The notes beneath the pieces were generated by a model that saw only the letters and a program-made list of their open reading frames with translations, had not been told where the DNA came from and did no database searches. A stretch of 63,674 nucleotides of DNA, filler included. It is 12 parts of 12 records of this genome, joined end to end, with 100 filler letters (N's around TTAATTAATTAA, not from the genome) between each part and the next. Parts side by side here need not be neighbours in the genome. Positions count along the whole stretch, not along the records: positions 49,291 to 52,927 come from SRR7504441_2030; positions 53,028 to 59,795 come from SRR7504441_2047; positions 59,896 to 63,674 come from SRR7504441_2063; 9 more parts are not named here. The stretch is one strand, 5' to 3'. This document shows, piece by piece, positions 49,291 to 61,220 of the stretch; position 1 is the first letter of the stretch, and every line of letters starts with the position of its first letter. Position numbers and translations under genes: made by a program.

Positions 49291-52200
49291 CCGCCACCTT
49301 CAGCATCGTTCGGGTTGCGCTGCGGGTTGTAATCCGAGCCAGTCCATTGGAAGTGAATATAATCATCCTTGTCGATGCAGAGATCATTGGGCACGAAGTC
49401 ATACTCCACAGCAGGGTAAGTCTGCACAATGTTGCCACGTTTGCCTCTGACGTTCAGATTGTAAATCTTAGCCGTCGCAGACATCCCACGCGGTCTTGGT
49501 CGAATCGCGAATACATATGAACGGTCCTGAAAGGTTCTGCCATACTGGTTGGTGTTCACAGCAAGTGAGAGGAAGGATTTGGTTGGGTTAGCCCCAATGC
49601 CGAGATACGGATCCTGTACAACAGGGCTGGACGACCTCCTTGACCGCGGGTTCTGGTTGTGCCGAGCATCTGTCATTGGCTGGCCTTCGTTATTCCATGC
49701 GAAGTAGTCTGCTGTCGAGATGTTATACCTCAGCCGGAGCACGCAGTTCTCATTGATGTGCTCGGGGACTTTCCAGATGTACCGGTTGGCATTTACACCG
49801 TGAGGGATGGCCGCTTCCATATCCTTGCGGTTTGTGGCTGTACTGCGCGAATTACCGAGGTGGTTTTCCCTGGCTACAGAGCTCTGCCCACCTACACAGT
49901 CCACTGTTGGTATCTCGTTGGGTGTCTGGCCCTCCACAGCGGTCTCTGCCTGCTCGCTAGCGGCTGATGTAGCTTGAATCTCCGACTCCAGCCAGCTTTC
50001 ATCGTTGTTTTCTTCTAGCAATCGACGACCCCTTTGTGTATCCGGTTTGGGGGCCAGTGCAATGTCACAGTAGGACCAGAAGGGGACACCCTTATCGTTT
50101 GGTCCGCCTGACACGATGCTTTTAGGGACAGCTGTGGCACCAGCATTGCCCCTGCAACTAGCAAAGCATCCAGCATTAGCTGGTGCTTCGCATCCATACT
50201 TTGGAACCCACTCCGCGCAGTGACTTGGCTCAGCTGTCAATGAGCTCGCCCACTTTGAGAGGTCTGTGGAGTCAACGAGTTCACCCACTTTGGAGTACAG
50301 TGTACACTGTTGCCCTCCTGTGTTCGCCTGCACTTTGTTGGGAGTCCAGCCATGACAAATGTTGCGGTTAGAATTGGGAAGTGGACATGGTACGTAGGTC
50401 CAGCCCTTGCAGTTTGTTGTAGTTGAGCATGCATGTGCACACCACGAAGCTCCAGGTTTGTCCTTTGCAGTCAATTCGTAGCGATAAGCATGATCACTAA
50501 AGTACATATAGGCTCCCCACATTACTGTCAACACGACGCTATCTGAGCCATACACCTTCCCCGGCTGGCCATACACCTTCCCCTGAGGGGGCTGCACACA
50601 GAAGCACCAAGGTGCTCCGTGCAGGGCCCACGAAGGCTGCGCGCATGCTCCGGGAGTTTTGCTCAGTGGAGAATTGGATGCAAAGTTGACCACATCGGAC
50701 CATTTCCGGCACGGGCAGTTGGCAGTGGCCTGAGTCTGCGGTATGATATTTGTGACGTCCTCATCGCAGCCTTTTGTACTGCACAGCTGATATGCAGGGT
50801 CTGCAGCTCCTCGAGCGGTCATTGGCGCTTCTAGCGTCCCATCTGGCATCTTGACACCGATAGATGCAGCTGCAAGCTCTTCGCCAGGGCTGGAGGTAGC
50901 CACAAGTGCAACTTGCCGGTTTGCTGCAAGTCTCTGAGGTGACGAGGCAACCCACGCTTCAGCCCCTTTCCCTGTGCCTCTGGCAATCACTTTCCCGTCA
51001 AGGGTGAGCTGAGCCCCAGCCTGGCACACCAGCAGTCTGAGCCAATCGAGCAGCATCAACACACCTCATTAGAGAGCATAAATGTCCAGCTACCACCCGC
51101 CTTGGGCCGAAGAAACCCAGTCAGCCTCCTAAAGTTTTTGTTGCTGAGACCTACAATATTTTTGATCAGGGCGGCCCCAACCAGTGCCATCCATGCGCAC
51201 CTCCTGAGGCCGGCTCGCACTTACAAACAACATTTGAAGAAGGGAACTTATAGTCACACGATCTTAACTGCTCCCTATCGAAGGCACAGCGATCTCGCTC
51301 CGGGCCATTGTCATCCCATGCTGCAGTGCACTTGAGACCTCCGCCTTTGATTCCCGCGCAGTATTCGTTACAGTTTGCATAGGCGGGCGGTGCGGGGGGA
51401 GGGGGTGGGCAGTACTGCTTCTGCTTGCACGATATGGCACAATACTGCTTATATGGCCATCCGTTGAACGTAGCGACGCTCTCGCACTCACTAGGCTGGC
51501 AACCCGAGCTCGAATCCCAACAACCTGTTCTTCGGGCCCCTGTCCCGTCGCTTTTTTGGAGAAGACGCCGGCTTGCAGACGGCTGTCGAGCTGGCTCATT
51601 CACACCCGAAAGGTCAGTCTTCTCTGTCACGTCTCCAAGCTTTGTCTTCACCTCTCTGGGGGTTGATGCTTGTACCTTCTCTATCAGCGCAGTTGCGCAG
51701 CTCTCCGGACAGCATAGCCTGATATCATTGGTGTACTTATCATCGTTGCACATCTTTTGTGTGGCGGCCTTTGCGCACGTGTCACAGGGCTCGTTTTCAC
51801 GAGCACCACAGATTTTGAGACCAGCTGTCCCCATGTCTTTCAGGCACATGTCGCTATTGGTTTGCTTCTGCTCTGGCGTATTGCTTGATCCGCCCCTGGC
51901 TTCAGTTTTGCACACATACCTGAATTTATTGGTCCTCTGCTCAGGCGGGACTGGGTGTTGTTGGAAAACAATAAGATCCTCTCCACCCTGCCCTACCCAT
52001 TCCCCCATTCCCCCGAGGGGGATGACAAGGCAGCCTGGCGGCAGGTTTCTCCACGTGTTAGGCTGAGAATGAATAGAAGAGCCCCGCCAAATTTCTGTGC
52101 TCCTTGATCTTATTTTTAGAAACTCGCCCGCTGTGTTGCATTCTTTAGGGTCTGTGACTTGAGTGAAGCCTTTAGGACATGGCACTGTTGCACCATTCCA

Positions 52201-52927
52201 CTGTGCACCCTGCGGCTCACCCGGGACGACATAGGTACCGCCCAAGGACACTACGGCGGTAGCCAGCCCACAGGGCGTTTCCACGTTGGGCCATGTACCG
52301 CCTACTCCCCAATCAAGTTCTGGCACTGCCACCCACCCACGTGAGTCACTCAGTCAAAGCTTAGTGCAAGCTACCGCAGTCAGACCCGAAGGCATCTTGG
52401 ACGCACTGGTTTGCAGCCTTCTTAAAAGCGTACCCAACAGGACACCCGCAGGTGTCTCCGGTCTCATGCGACTTGCCACAGGTCGACATGGCGCCAGAAA
52501 TGACACTGCTGAAGAACATCTGGCCGGTGCCCTGCTTGGAGCTGAGTGGCGTCATTTGCACTACCTCGTTCCGGAAGCCTCCCACCGTGGCCTGGGTGCG
52601 GCTCTTCCATGCCGTTCGGGCCGCTGTGGTCTTCGGATGCTGATTATCCCACCAGACCGGCGCCCATACGTGCCCCTTAGCTTCGCACTCGGGAGCCATT
52701 GACGGCCAAAGACTGCTGCTAGATGCCACGGGCGAGTTTCTACGTCGCCGTCGGTGGCGGCTCGGGGCCGGGGGAGGCGGCGGCGTTTGGGCAGACACCT
52801 CTTTGCGTCCAAAGAATCCAGGGCAGGTGGCCCTGTTGACTACAACTTTGTTCCCGTAAAACTTCTCTTGGGACACACACTCGCCACGTGGCTTGATGTT
52901 GCTGCTCTCAGCCTTGTAGTACGGGCA
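49291..52927 (-). CDS. DD3-3-like extracellular protein with additional Cys-rich modules; truncated at both ends
   Basis: RENHLGN, CVLRLRYNIST.DY, LSLAVNTNQYGRTFQDRS, IYNLNVRGKRGNIVQTYPAVEYDFVP, IHFQWTGS match the Dictyostelium DD3-3 family as I recall it; PAN/apple-like CAHACSTTTNCKGWTY...CTLY. Confidence 0.7.
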
Positions 52928-53027
52928 NNNNNNNNNNNNNNNNNNNNNNNNNNNNNNNNNNNNNNNNNNNNTTAATTAATTAANNNNNNNNNNNNNNNNN
53001 NNNNNNNNNNNNNNNNNNNNNNNNNNN

Positions 53028-53080
53028 AATCAACGGACGCCAGGACAAGAATCAACGACGCCAGGACAAGAATCAACGGA
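53028..53080. repeat. Tandem repeat, 21-22 bp unit AATCAAC(G)GACGCCAGGACAAG
   Basis: About 2.5 copies at the contig start. Confidence 0.8.
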
Positions 53081-53276
53081 AACTCTGCGGGGCAGCGCCG
53101 GAGTCACTCTAAGCGGGTTAGTGTAGTTTGGCTCCTGCGGGGCCTACTGTCTGGCGCGGCATGGTGGGTGGTAACACGCGCGCCTGATCCAATCGCCTGA
53201 CCGTGCCTATCTCCGCCCGAACGGTCCGCGATCGCCCCCCAGCATACTCTGGGGCGGCGCGGTTCACGCGCAGAGG

Positions 53277-56200
53277 ATGAAAGCTCCGAGCGCGGCCGGG
53301 GCCTGTTTCGAAGAGGTGCTATGGCCGGAGTTGATGCGGATTGGATGGAAGCGGATGAGTGGTGGCCGGCCCAGCGACATGTACTGGTACCCCCCGGGCG
53401 TCAACCCCAGCAGCGCTGGGCTGGTGAACCGCGTCGACTACTACGATAGCAAGAAGCAAGTCCTGCAGTTGGTGAAAATAGCGAAGGGCAAGCACGCTGC
53501 CAAATACCAGGCGGCGTATGCCAAGTACGAGCGCGCTGTCTCAGAGCGGAAAGGAGGTAGCTCAGGCGCCTCAGCGAAGGAGAGCGACGCCCGGCAGTCG
53601 AGGCCGTCACAGCCACCGACCCCAGATGAGGCAAAGCGAAAGCGCTCTCGTGTGTCGGCGCAGAAGGAGCAGGGTTCACCGGAGCAGCTGGAGCCCGAGG
53701 AGCTGCCTGCTCGCAAGAAACCTTCTGCTGGGAAAGCACAGAAGCAGAGTGCTCCCACAGCAGACACTGCCTGCAAAGGTGTGCGGCCGCCCGCTGTCCA
53801 CCCGCCAGGTGCCAGTGTGCTGATCATCGACTGGGTCGCAGGTAAGCAACAGCAGAGCTCTAAACAGAAGCAGCACAATGGTTCCAGGCAACCAGTGCAG
53901 AAGTCACCAGCCCGCCAGTCAGCAGGCAAAGCTGCAGGGAAAGGCAGGCGTCGTGGTGCCCAGAACAACGTCGACGAGGCCTCAAAGCCAGTTGCGGGCG
54001 GCCAGGCACTGGACGGGCTAGCTAAAATCGTGGGGAAGCAGGAGGTGGAGGTAGCCGGCATTGCGCTTCACTAGTGCTCAGGCGGTGTCAGGGGAATGTA
54101 CAATATCAGCTGATGGCAAAGGGTGGAAAGGAGGGTGAGTGGCTGGGTGCGGCGGAGGTCCCCGACGAGCTGATTGAAGTTTACGAGAATCAGGTAGCTT
54201 CTGGGTTTGGGCTGCTGCAGCGCTGAGTTGCTGGTGTGGCGGCAGCAAGCAGTGGAGTCGAGTTGCTGCTCTATATGTGGCGATGACACCTCACTCGAGA
54301 CAAATCTGCTGCTGCTGTGTGACGGGTGTCGTGCCGAAGTCGCCCAAGCTGATGGGTTGGCTCACAGTTGTGATCTGCCTGTTCACCAGCTGTGCTACGG
54401 GGTGCAAAAAGTCCCTGATGGGGATTGGTTCTGTGACATTTGCACCAAAGGTGCCGCCCATACGTCTGACTGATCGAATGATACTGCTGCCAGGCATCAA
54501 CCCGCCTCCCAAGTGCGAGCTATGCCCGTTCAAAGGCGGACCGCTCAAGGCGACGAAAGAAGGAGGATGGGCTCATGTTCATTGCGCGCTGTGGCTCCCT
54601 GAGACTTCGATACAGGACCACGCTAAGGCAACCCGTCGTGCCTTGGTGCCAGAATGATAAATCAGCTGCAGATGGCGCCCATAGTAGGATGCAAGATGGT
54701 TGATAAAAAGCGTGAGACAGACCTGACCTGCTACTTGTGCAAAGAGCCAGGTGGTCCAAAGCGTGTGAGAGTCCAGTGAGAATCGTTTGACAGGTGGATA
54801 TTGTATCCAGTGCAGCCATGCAGGCTGCTACACACCATTCCATCCCTATTGTGCTGTTAAGCACCTGCTGTACCTTGGCTGCTCTGAAGAAAACGGTCCG
54901 AGTGCCCGGCCAACTGCTGGTCAATGTTGGGGATGTAGGTAATGTGACCATGAAGACATTCTGCCATCGGCATGATCCTGACCGGTCTGTCCAGTACTTC
55001 AAGGATAACAAGCTACTGCCGGCATCGCTGCTGCAACAGGACAGGGCGCGGCCCACTCAAGGAGTATCCCGAGGAAAGAGCAGCTCGAAGCGTTCTAGCG
55101 GGATGAAACAGACCAGCGCAGAACGAGAGGCAGATAAGAAGGCACTCGCTGAAGCCAGAGCTGAACGGCATGTGAATAGAGTTGAGGGCATAAGACCAAT
55201 AGCCCCAGCTGCCTCAACTCGAGCCCCTAACAACCCTAAAAATAAGGATTGGGGAGAGATTCAGAGGCCACGCACTCTGGAGGAGATTGTCACAGTGCAT
55301 ACACCGGGTATGCAAGCACCTAACTGCCACCGCTGCAAAGTGGCGCACAATCAGCGCGGGTATGCAAGTTGCCCGAACGGGCACCATCACCACCTGTGCG
55401 AGTGGTGTGTGCCTACCATCACAAAGCTTGAGTGGGACCAAATTAAGAGCGATCCTCAGCTATACTTCTGCCCTATCTGTAACAACACCTGCATCTGTGC
55501 TTCATGTTTGAGGAAACGTGGCGAGTACCAAGGAGCTCAAGCTCAATCGAGAGTGCAGCAGCGGGCAAGAAAGCAGCGGGACAGCAAGGGACCACGGGCA
55601 CAGGAGGCGTCAAAGCGGATCTCAGGGATCCCGGACATCAAAGCTGAGCTTGGTGCTTTGTGGAAGCTTGCTGACGAGTACCATGCGCCAGTCACCAGGG
55701 ATGCTGAGATCTGGAAGCTTGTTAGTCAGCCGGATCAGCTGAGCCAAATGCTTGTGAAGCTGCTGCAGCCAGAGAGCAAGTTTCACGAGCCGACACTGGA
55801 CACCAACGCTGCACCTCCACTTTTGACGAGTCAGCTGTGCCAACCAGCCAGCCATTTAGAGGCTCCCTGTGGGATGTGGCGTTTCAATTGGATCTGCTCC
55901 ACTGACAACGCAGGGACTCAAAAGCTTGCTATCCAGGCGGCTGCGCAGCTACAAGAGGAGGAAGCCGGCAGCTCACATGCTGCAAATACGGTCAGGCTGG
56001 CAGACAAATCCAACGCGCCTGAGCACAGCAATCCATCCACCCAGAACCAGCCACCTGTGCTGAAGGAACTTCCTATGCTGAAGGAGCTTTCTTTGAGTGG
56101 TTCCCAGCCCGATGTCAAGGCCTTGTCGCTCTCACCACAATCGGCGTTCAGTGAACACACTCGATTACCCAGCATTCACACGATGCGTTGTGAGGGTGCT

Positions 56201-58685
56201 GTGCATAGTAGCACATTCGGATCCTGGCGGGTTCCTGTTATTGAAACGCCTGGCAGAGCGGCACCAGGCGCAAACAATCTGCCAGCACACCTGTTTCAGC
56301 CTCTAGCTGCGCAAGAATATCAAGGGCTTGTCAAGCCCCAGGCGCAAAAGGTGCAACCTCCTGTCGAACGCTTGCAGGGGCAAGTCAGTTGTGGCGAGGC
56401 TACACTGGCGGTCTTCCGGGAATTCGATGCAAGGCAAGTGATGGGATCCGACATAGCGGCCCACTCTGGCACTTTTGCAGACCAGTTGGTCTCCATAAAG
56501 GTCTCTGCAGCTGAGCCAATGAAAGAGGAGTTGCACAGCGAAGATCTTTGCACGGAGTTTGTGGACGCTCAATTAGGATACTTGAATCAACAGCTCAGGT
56601 TGCATAAGGAGAAGAATAGGCAGCGCGCCGAAGCAGCATGCAGGGCTATGGCCAGCCAGCTGGATGCTGAAGTGGCCCAGCTGACCGCCCAACAGAGCAA
56701 CACAGTAATTGAATGTGAGTTCAGGAAGAAAGTAGTGGAGGCCATGGAGCAAGCAGCACAGCAGGGCATAGCCCTTGGTGTGGAAGACAGCAACGAGGCG
56801 TGCGAGTATTGTAATGATGGTGGCGAGCTGCTCTGCTGTGACGGCTGTCCGCGCTGCTTCCATTTGTATTGCCTCAACCCTCCACTAAGCGAGGCACCAG
56901 AGGACGAGTGGTACTGTGTTGTATGCACCGAGCAAAGGGATCGCGCTAAGCGGCTGGGCTGTGTCCTTAAGAGCACCGAGCAGCCAGAGCTCGAGGCAGC
57001 GGCTGCGGATCAGGAGAAGCAGCAGCTTGGGACACTGGATAAGATGGGGATGCTCACAGAGGCCGACAAAGAGATGGTAGAGCGCCTGATGAACTGCCCA
57101 AGGCGACGTGGCAGGGCCAAATCTGGGCTTTCTGTGCAAGAGATGTCGATCCAAGCTGAGCTGCATCAAGCTGATATCCGCGAGGTACTCGGAGGCAAAT
57201 GGTCGGGCAGCGCTCACAAGCTGAGGATGTGCCTGGACAAGATTCGAGTCTGGTCAAACGTGTACCTCCCTCAGATGCTCGAGAGCTGCAAGCCTAGCGT
57301 TGCACCCGAGCTCCAGACTCGAATCTGGGGTGTGACTAGCGCGATGGAGTCCATACAGAGTCGGCCAGAGGCTGTAAAATGCCAGATCTGTCAAGGAACT
57401 GAAGGCTGTTTGATATGGTGTGCTCACGATAGTTGCAACTGTGCGTACCATCCAAAGTGTGCCCGGGAGCAGTCGAATGTGTACATGAGGCCTGGTGCAG
57501 TCGAGCTGTGGAAGGACTCGTTTCTGTACTGCCCTAGTCACGTGCCTCCTGTAGTGGCTCGGAATGGCAAGGCACGAGGAACGAGTAGGGTTCAGGCTCG
57601 GTGTGACGTGTCATGGCACTCCCGCCAGATAGTCTCAACTAGTGAGCCAATACTTCGGTGTAGCCAGTGCCATACCTCCGTGCGCAGCGCATGCTACCCG
57701 AGTGACCTGCAACCCCAAACGGGTGAAACCAGCGACTGGCTCTGTGCTGCATGCAAGAGTGGACAAAAGCCACAATGCTGCTTGTGCGGTCAGTCTGGAG
57801 GTGTGTGCCACATGCTAATCGTGCATTTTCTCACTTTTTATTTGTAGGGATTCTTCTCAAGACAGACCATGGGGAAGAGTGGGCGCATATGTCGTGCGCA
57901 ATATGGACCCAAGAGATCCGCATCGGCAGCTTCAGCGAGCTCGAGCGCGGCTTGTCAGACGCCAATGTTGAACCCGAACTGTATTGCCTCTGTCGCTCAC
58001 CTTTCACCGGGGACACGATGATTGGATGCGACCTATGCGGGGACTGGTGAAAACCGCCCCTGGCACCTATAGCTAGCATTTTGACAGGCGAGCTGTGTGC
58101 CTGAGCAGGATTCTTTGCAGGTTCCACCCAGAGTGCATCGGGTGCACGCCAGACGCCAATGAGTACTATGTCTGTCCGCGGTGTGTGGCTCAGGAGACTG
58201 GTGCCCCGACCCCGCAGCCAGCTGGCAAAAGGAGTGACGCGCGGGGCGACGTGCCCACAGGCAAAGTAGTTCAGCCAAAGAGAAAAAAGGGAAATGGTGG
58301 TATGCCACTGGTGAAATGCCCTGTGTGCAGTGGATTGATTGGCATCATAAGCAGCAAATGCAAGCACTGCAATACCGTGCTGAGCCGTGAAGACATGAGG
58401 CGAGCCAAGCGAGTGAAACGCGGCGACGACTCCAGCAGAGCGGATGAAAGCTTGGAGCAAGATACTGTCCACACTCTCATCCCAGACATAGAGCCGCCAG
58501 CTGTGATAGCACAGAGAGTCAGCCAGAATGTCAAGGTGCCTAGTCCGGGCAAGCACAGTCGGCCATCCAAGAGTGGCGACACTGACAGAGGCGACACAAA
58601 GAGGAGGAAGAGTGTGACTAGCCTCCCAGGAGTGCTGCCTCAGGCATTTGTCAGATTGACGCGTGAAGGAAACATCTATCGTTGA
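53277..58685 (+). CDS. Multi-PHD-finger chromatin protein (chromo-like, PHD, extended PHD, CxxC-rich finger, further PHDs); multi-exon
   Basis: CSICG...[37 protein letters not shown]...[36 protein letters not shown]...PEDEWYC; LYCLCR...[17 protein letters not shown]. Confidence 0.88.
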
Positions 58686-59083
58686 TGCATTTCATGCATC
58701 AACCTGGCAATGCATTGAACCACACTCCTGTGTATATGTCCCGCAGCATCAGTCCTATAAGGGATAGCCTGAGAAGGCAGAATCAGCGAATGGCCCAATT
58801 ATCCATGGGCCCACCTTCAAGCCAACCGAACGATTCGGGACTTGACACGTGTTTTTTATTGATTAAATATCGTACGTACCGTAAAGAAATGTGTAAGAAC
58901 TAGGATACAATGATATGTATGAAACCGCTCGCGTGCGTCACATGCAAGGCATCACGCAATTGCAATTGCAAGTCATGTTGCGTACTGACGTACGTATTTC
59001 GTACTCGTACTTGCTATTGTGTGTGCCCCACACCTCACGCACGAGACTCAGTGGCTAGGAATCGAGGCCCTCGAGGCGCCGAT

Positions 59084-59794
59084 TCAATTGAAAGCGTTGA
59101 GTGGGGAGGCTCCAGGCGCACTAGCCGACTTGTCCGCCCCCGCCGCCGGCGTTTCCTCCGCCGCCGGCTTATCACCGGAGTCGCCGAAAGCTGCGAGGGG
59201 GTCTTTGTTTCCGGCCGGCTTGTCAGCCTCCTCAGGCTCCGGGGCTGGCCATCCCTGATGAGGCTAGCCGCAGTGATCAGCCACCTGATGTGTCCTGGCC
59301 GGGCAGAGCTTGCCCAGGCAGCGCTTTGGGCTCGGCAGACTCCTCAGCAGCGGGAGCCGGCTCCGGCTCCGGCTCCGGCTCCTTGGCTGGGGCTGGCCCT
59401 CCTCTCAAGTCCGGCGCAGGCAGGCAAGAGGGGGCGGGAAAACGGACCGCTGAACGCCGCGGTCGGATCGGCTGGCGGCTCTGCCGCCTTCTCGGGCTCT
59501 GGCGCAGGGGCCGCGGCAGGGGCCGCGGGCTCTTCGGCGGCTGGGGCCTCGGCGGCGGGCTTGGCGGCGGGCTTGGCGGCGCCTTGCGTTTCCTCGACCT
59601 TGCGTGCGCTTTGCTTGTCGCCTTTGTCCTCACTGCCTCCGCACTGTCCGCCGGTGAGACCCACGATCTGAGGACTGGCAGTACCGCTCCCATCTCGCTC
59701 GATGTGCAACGGCACAGCGCGGCTTCCAGTGTGTGTGGAGCAACGGAAGAAACGGGCCGTGGCTGGTGGCTCCGGGGTGCCCTGGCGGGGATGG
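59084..59794 (-). CDS. Pro/Ala/Glu-rich low-complexity protein, start uncertain (paralog of 25409-25646)
   Basis: AAKPAAEAPAAEEPAAP...ALPGQDTS, 40-nt intron, APEPEEADKP...DPLAAFGDSG...ASPLNAFN*. Confidence 0.6.
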
Positions 59795-60092
59795 ANNNNN
59801 NNNNNNNNNNNNNNNNNNNNNNNNNNNNNNNNNNNNNNNTTAATTAATTAANNNNNNNNNNNNNNNNNNNNNNNNNNNNNNNNNNNNNNNNNNNNGAGGA
59901 CCCGGAGGACGCTGCGCTTAACCAGAAGCGGCAGGTGGGTACCTAGGCTGGCCAAGGTGAGACAGTGGGCAGGACGCAGCAGATTATTTACAATTGATCA
60001 TAGAGGACGAGGAGGAGCAAGAGGAAGAGTTGGCTAATCAATAACTGCGTAATCAATTGGCCAAGTCTAAGCAGATTTTATTTCAACGATGC

Positions 60093-61140
60093 TCAGCCAT
60101 TACTGCGACTGCGCGCCTCCTCGGCCATCTGAATGATCCGTTCGTTCACCTCATCTTGACTGTGCAGCAAGTCGGCTTGCTTGCTCTGCCCTACCGCTCA
60201 GACGAGCCCCACACTAATCGCACCTTTAGACTCTCCTTTTGTACTTGCATCCTGGCCTCCCGCCCGTCCAGGACCGCCTATCCACCGGCTCGCGCCCAAC
60301 CCCGCTTGGCGCAGCGTACATGCATCTCATCTGGCTGCATGTGCAGAAACATTCGCCCGGCCTTGAGGAACACAGGCCGGCCCGGGCCCTCCGCAGACTC
60401 CGTCTGGGCCGTCAAGGCTGATTGGCGACCTGACCGGGCGGGCACCTCGTGTCGGGCTTGCCTGTTGCGCTCTGCGGAGTCGTTGAGTTGCTTGGCCTGG
60501 GTTCGGTCAGCCACTAGCCGGCCTTCGCCTGCTCACCTGGTCTACCAACAGCTCCAGTTTGACTCCCAGCTGCACGTGCAGCTCATTCTGCCGTTTCATC
60601 TGCCACCAACAGCCCTGTTCCCGCCCCCGCGACCGCTCCGCGCACCTCTTTCATCAGCTCCGCTCTCTCCTCCGCAGGCATCCCCCCACAAACTGGCTCC
60701 ATCGGCGGCTGCCCTCCCTTCCAGCGCCCCTCACGCCGAAGCCACACACCAGCGGTCCCTCCTGCTCCTCGCACGGCGCCGGCTCCTCCAGCTCCGGCTC
60801 CAGCCGCGACTTATGGAGTCGGTGCTCGTTAGCCAGCGTCGCCTCGGCCGCCCGCAGCGACGCCTTGTCCCCCGCCCCGGCCTGCCCCGGAGCTCGGCGC
60901 CAGCGGGCACGCCCCAGCACCCGTAGCCGCGAGGCCAGCGCCTTGGCGTCCTCGGCCCTCGCTGCCTCGGCCGCAGCCACCTGTTGCCGGTTGGCCAGGA
61001 GGAGCCCCGGGCCGCACCTCGGCCCGGAACAGGTCGGCGGCCGGCTGCTGGCCCTGCGGTGAGTCCAGGTCGCACTCCTCGAGCAGCGCGCACGCCCCGG
61101 ACATGTCGCATTCCTCCGAGTCCTCGTCGTCGCTGGACAT
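60093..61140 (-). CDS. Hypothetical protein with a prefoldin-beta-like C-terminal region, multi-exon
   Basis: Acidic N-terminus; helix, VFLKAGRMFL hairpin, helix pattern resembling prefoldin beta subunits; many short introns. Confidence 0.4.
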
Positions 61141-61220
61141 GTGGGCCCACGAGGTGCCCGTCCAGCCGCACGCTTTTTGCCGTTGGCCACCGGGACCCGG
61201 GAGCCGGGAGGTGCCCGACG

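Noticed and set aside
53028-53080. CRISPR array
   Set aside because: Adjacent tandem copies without unique spacers, eukaryotic context, no cas genes.
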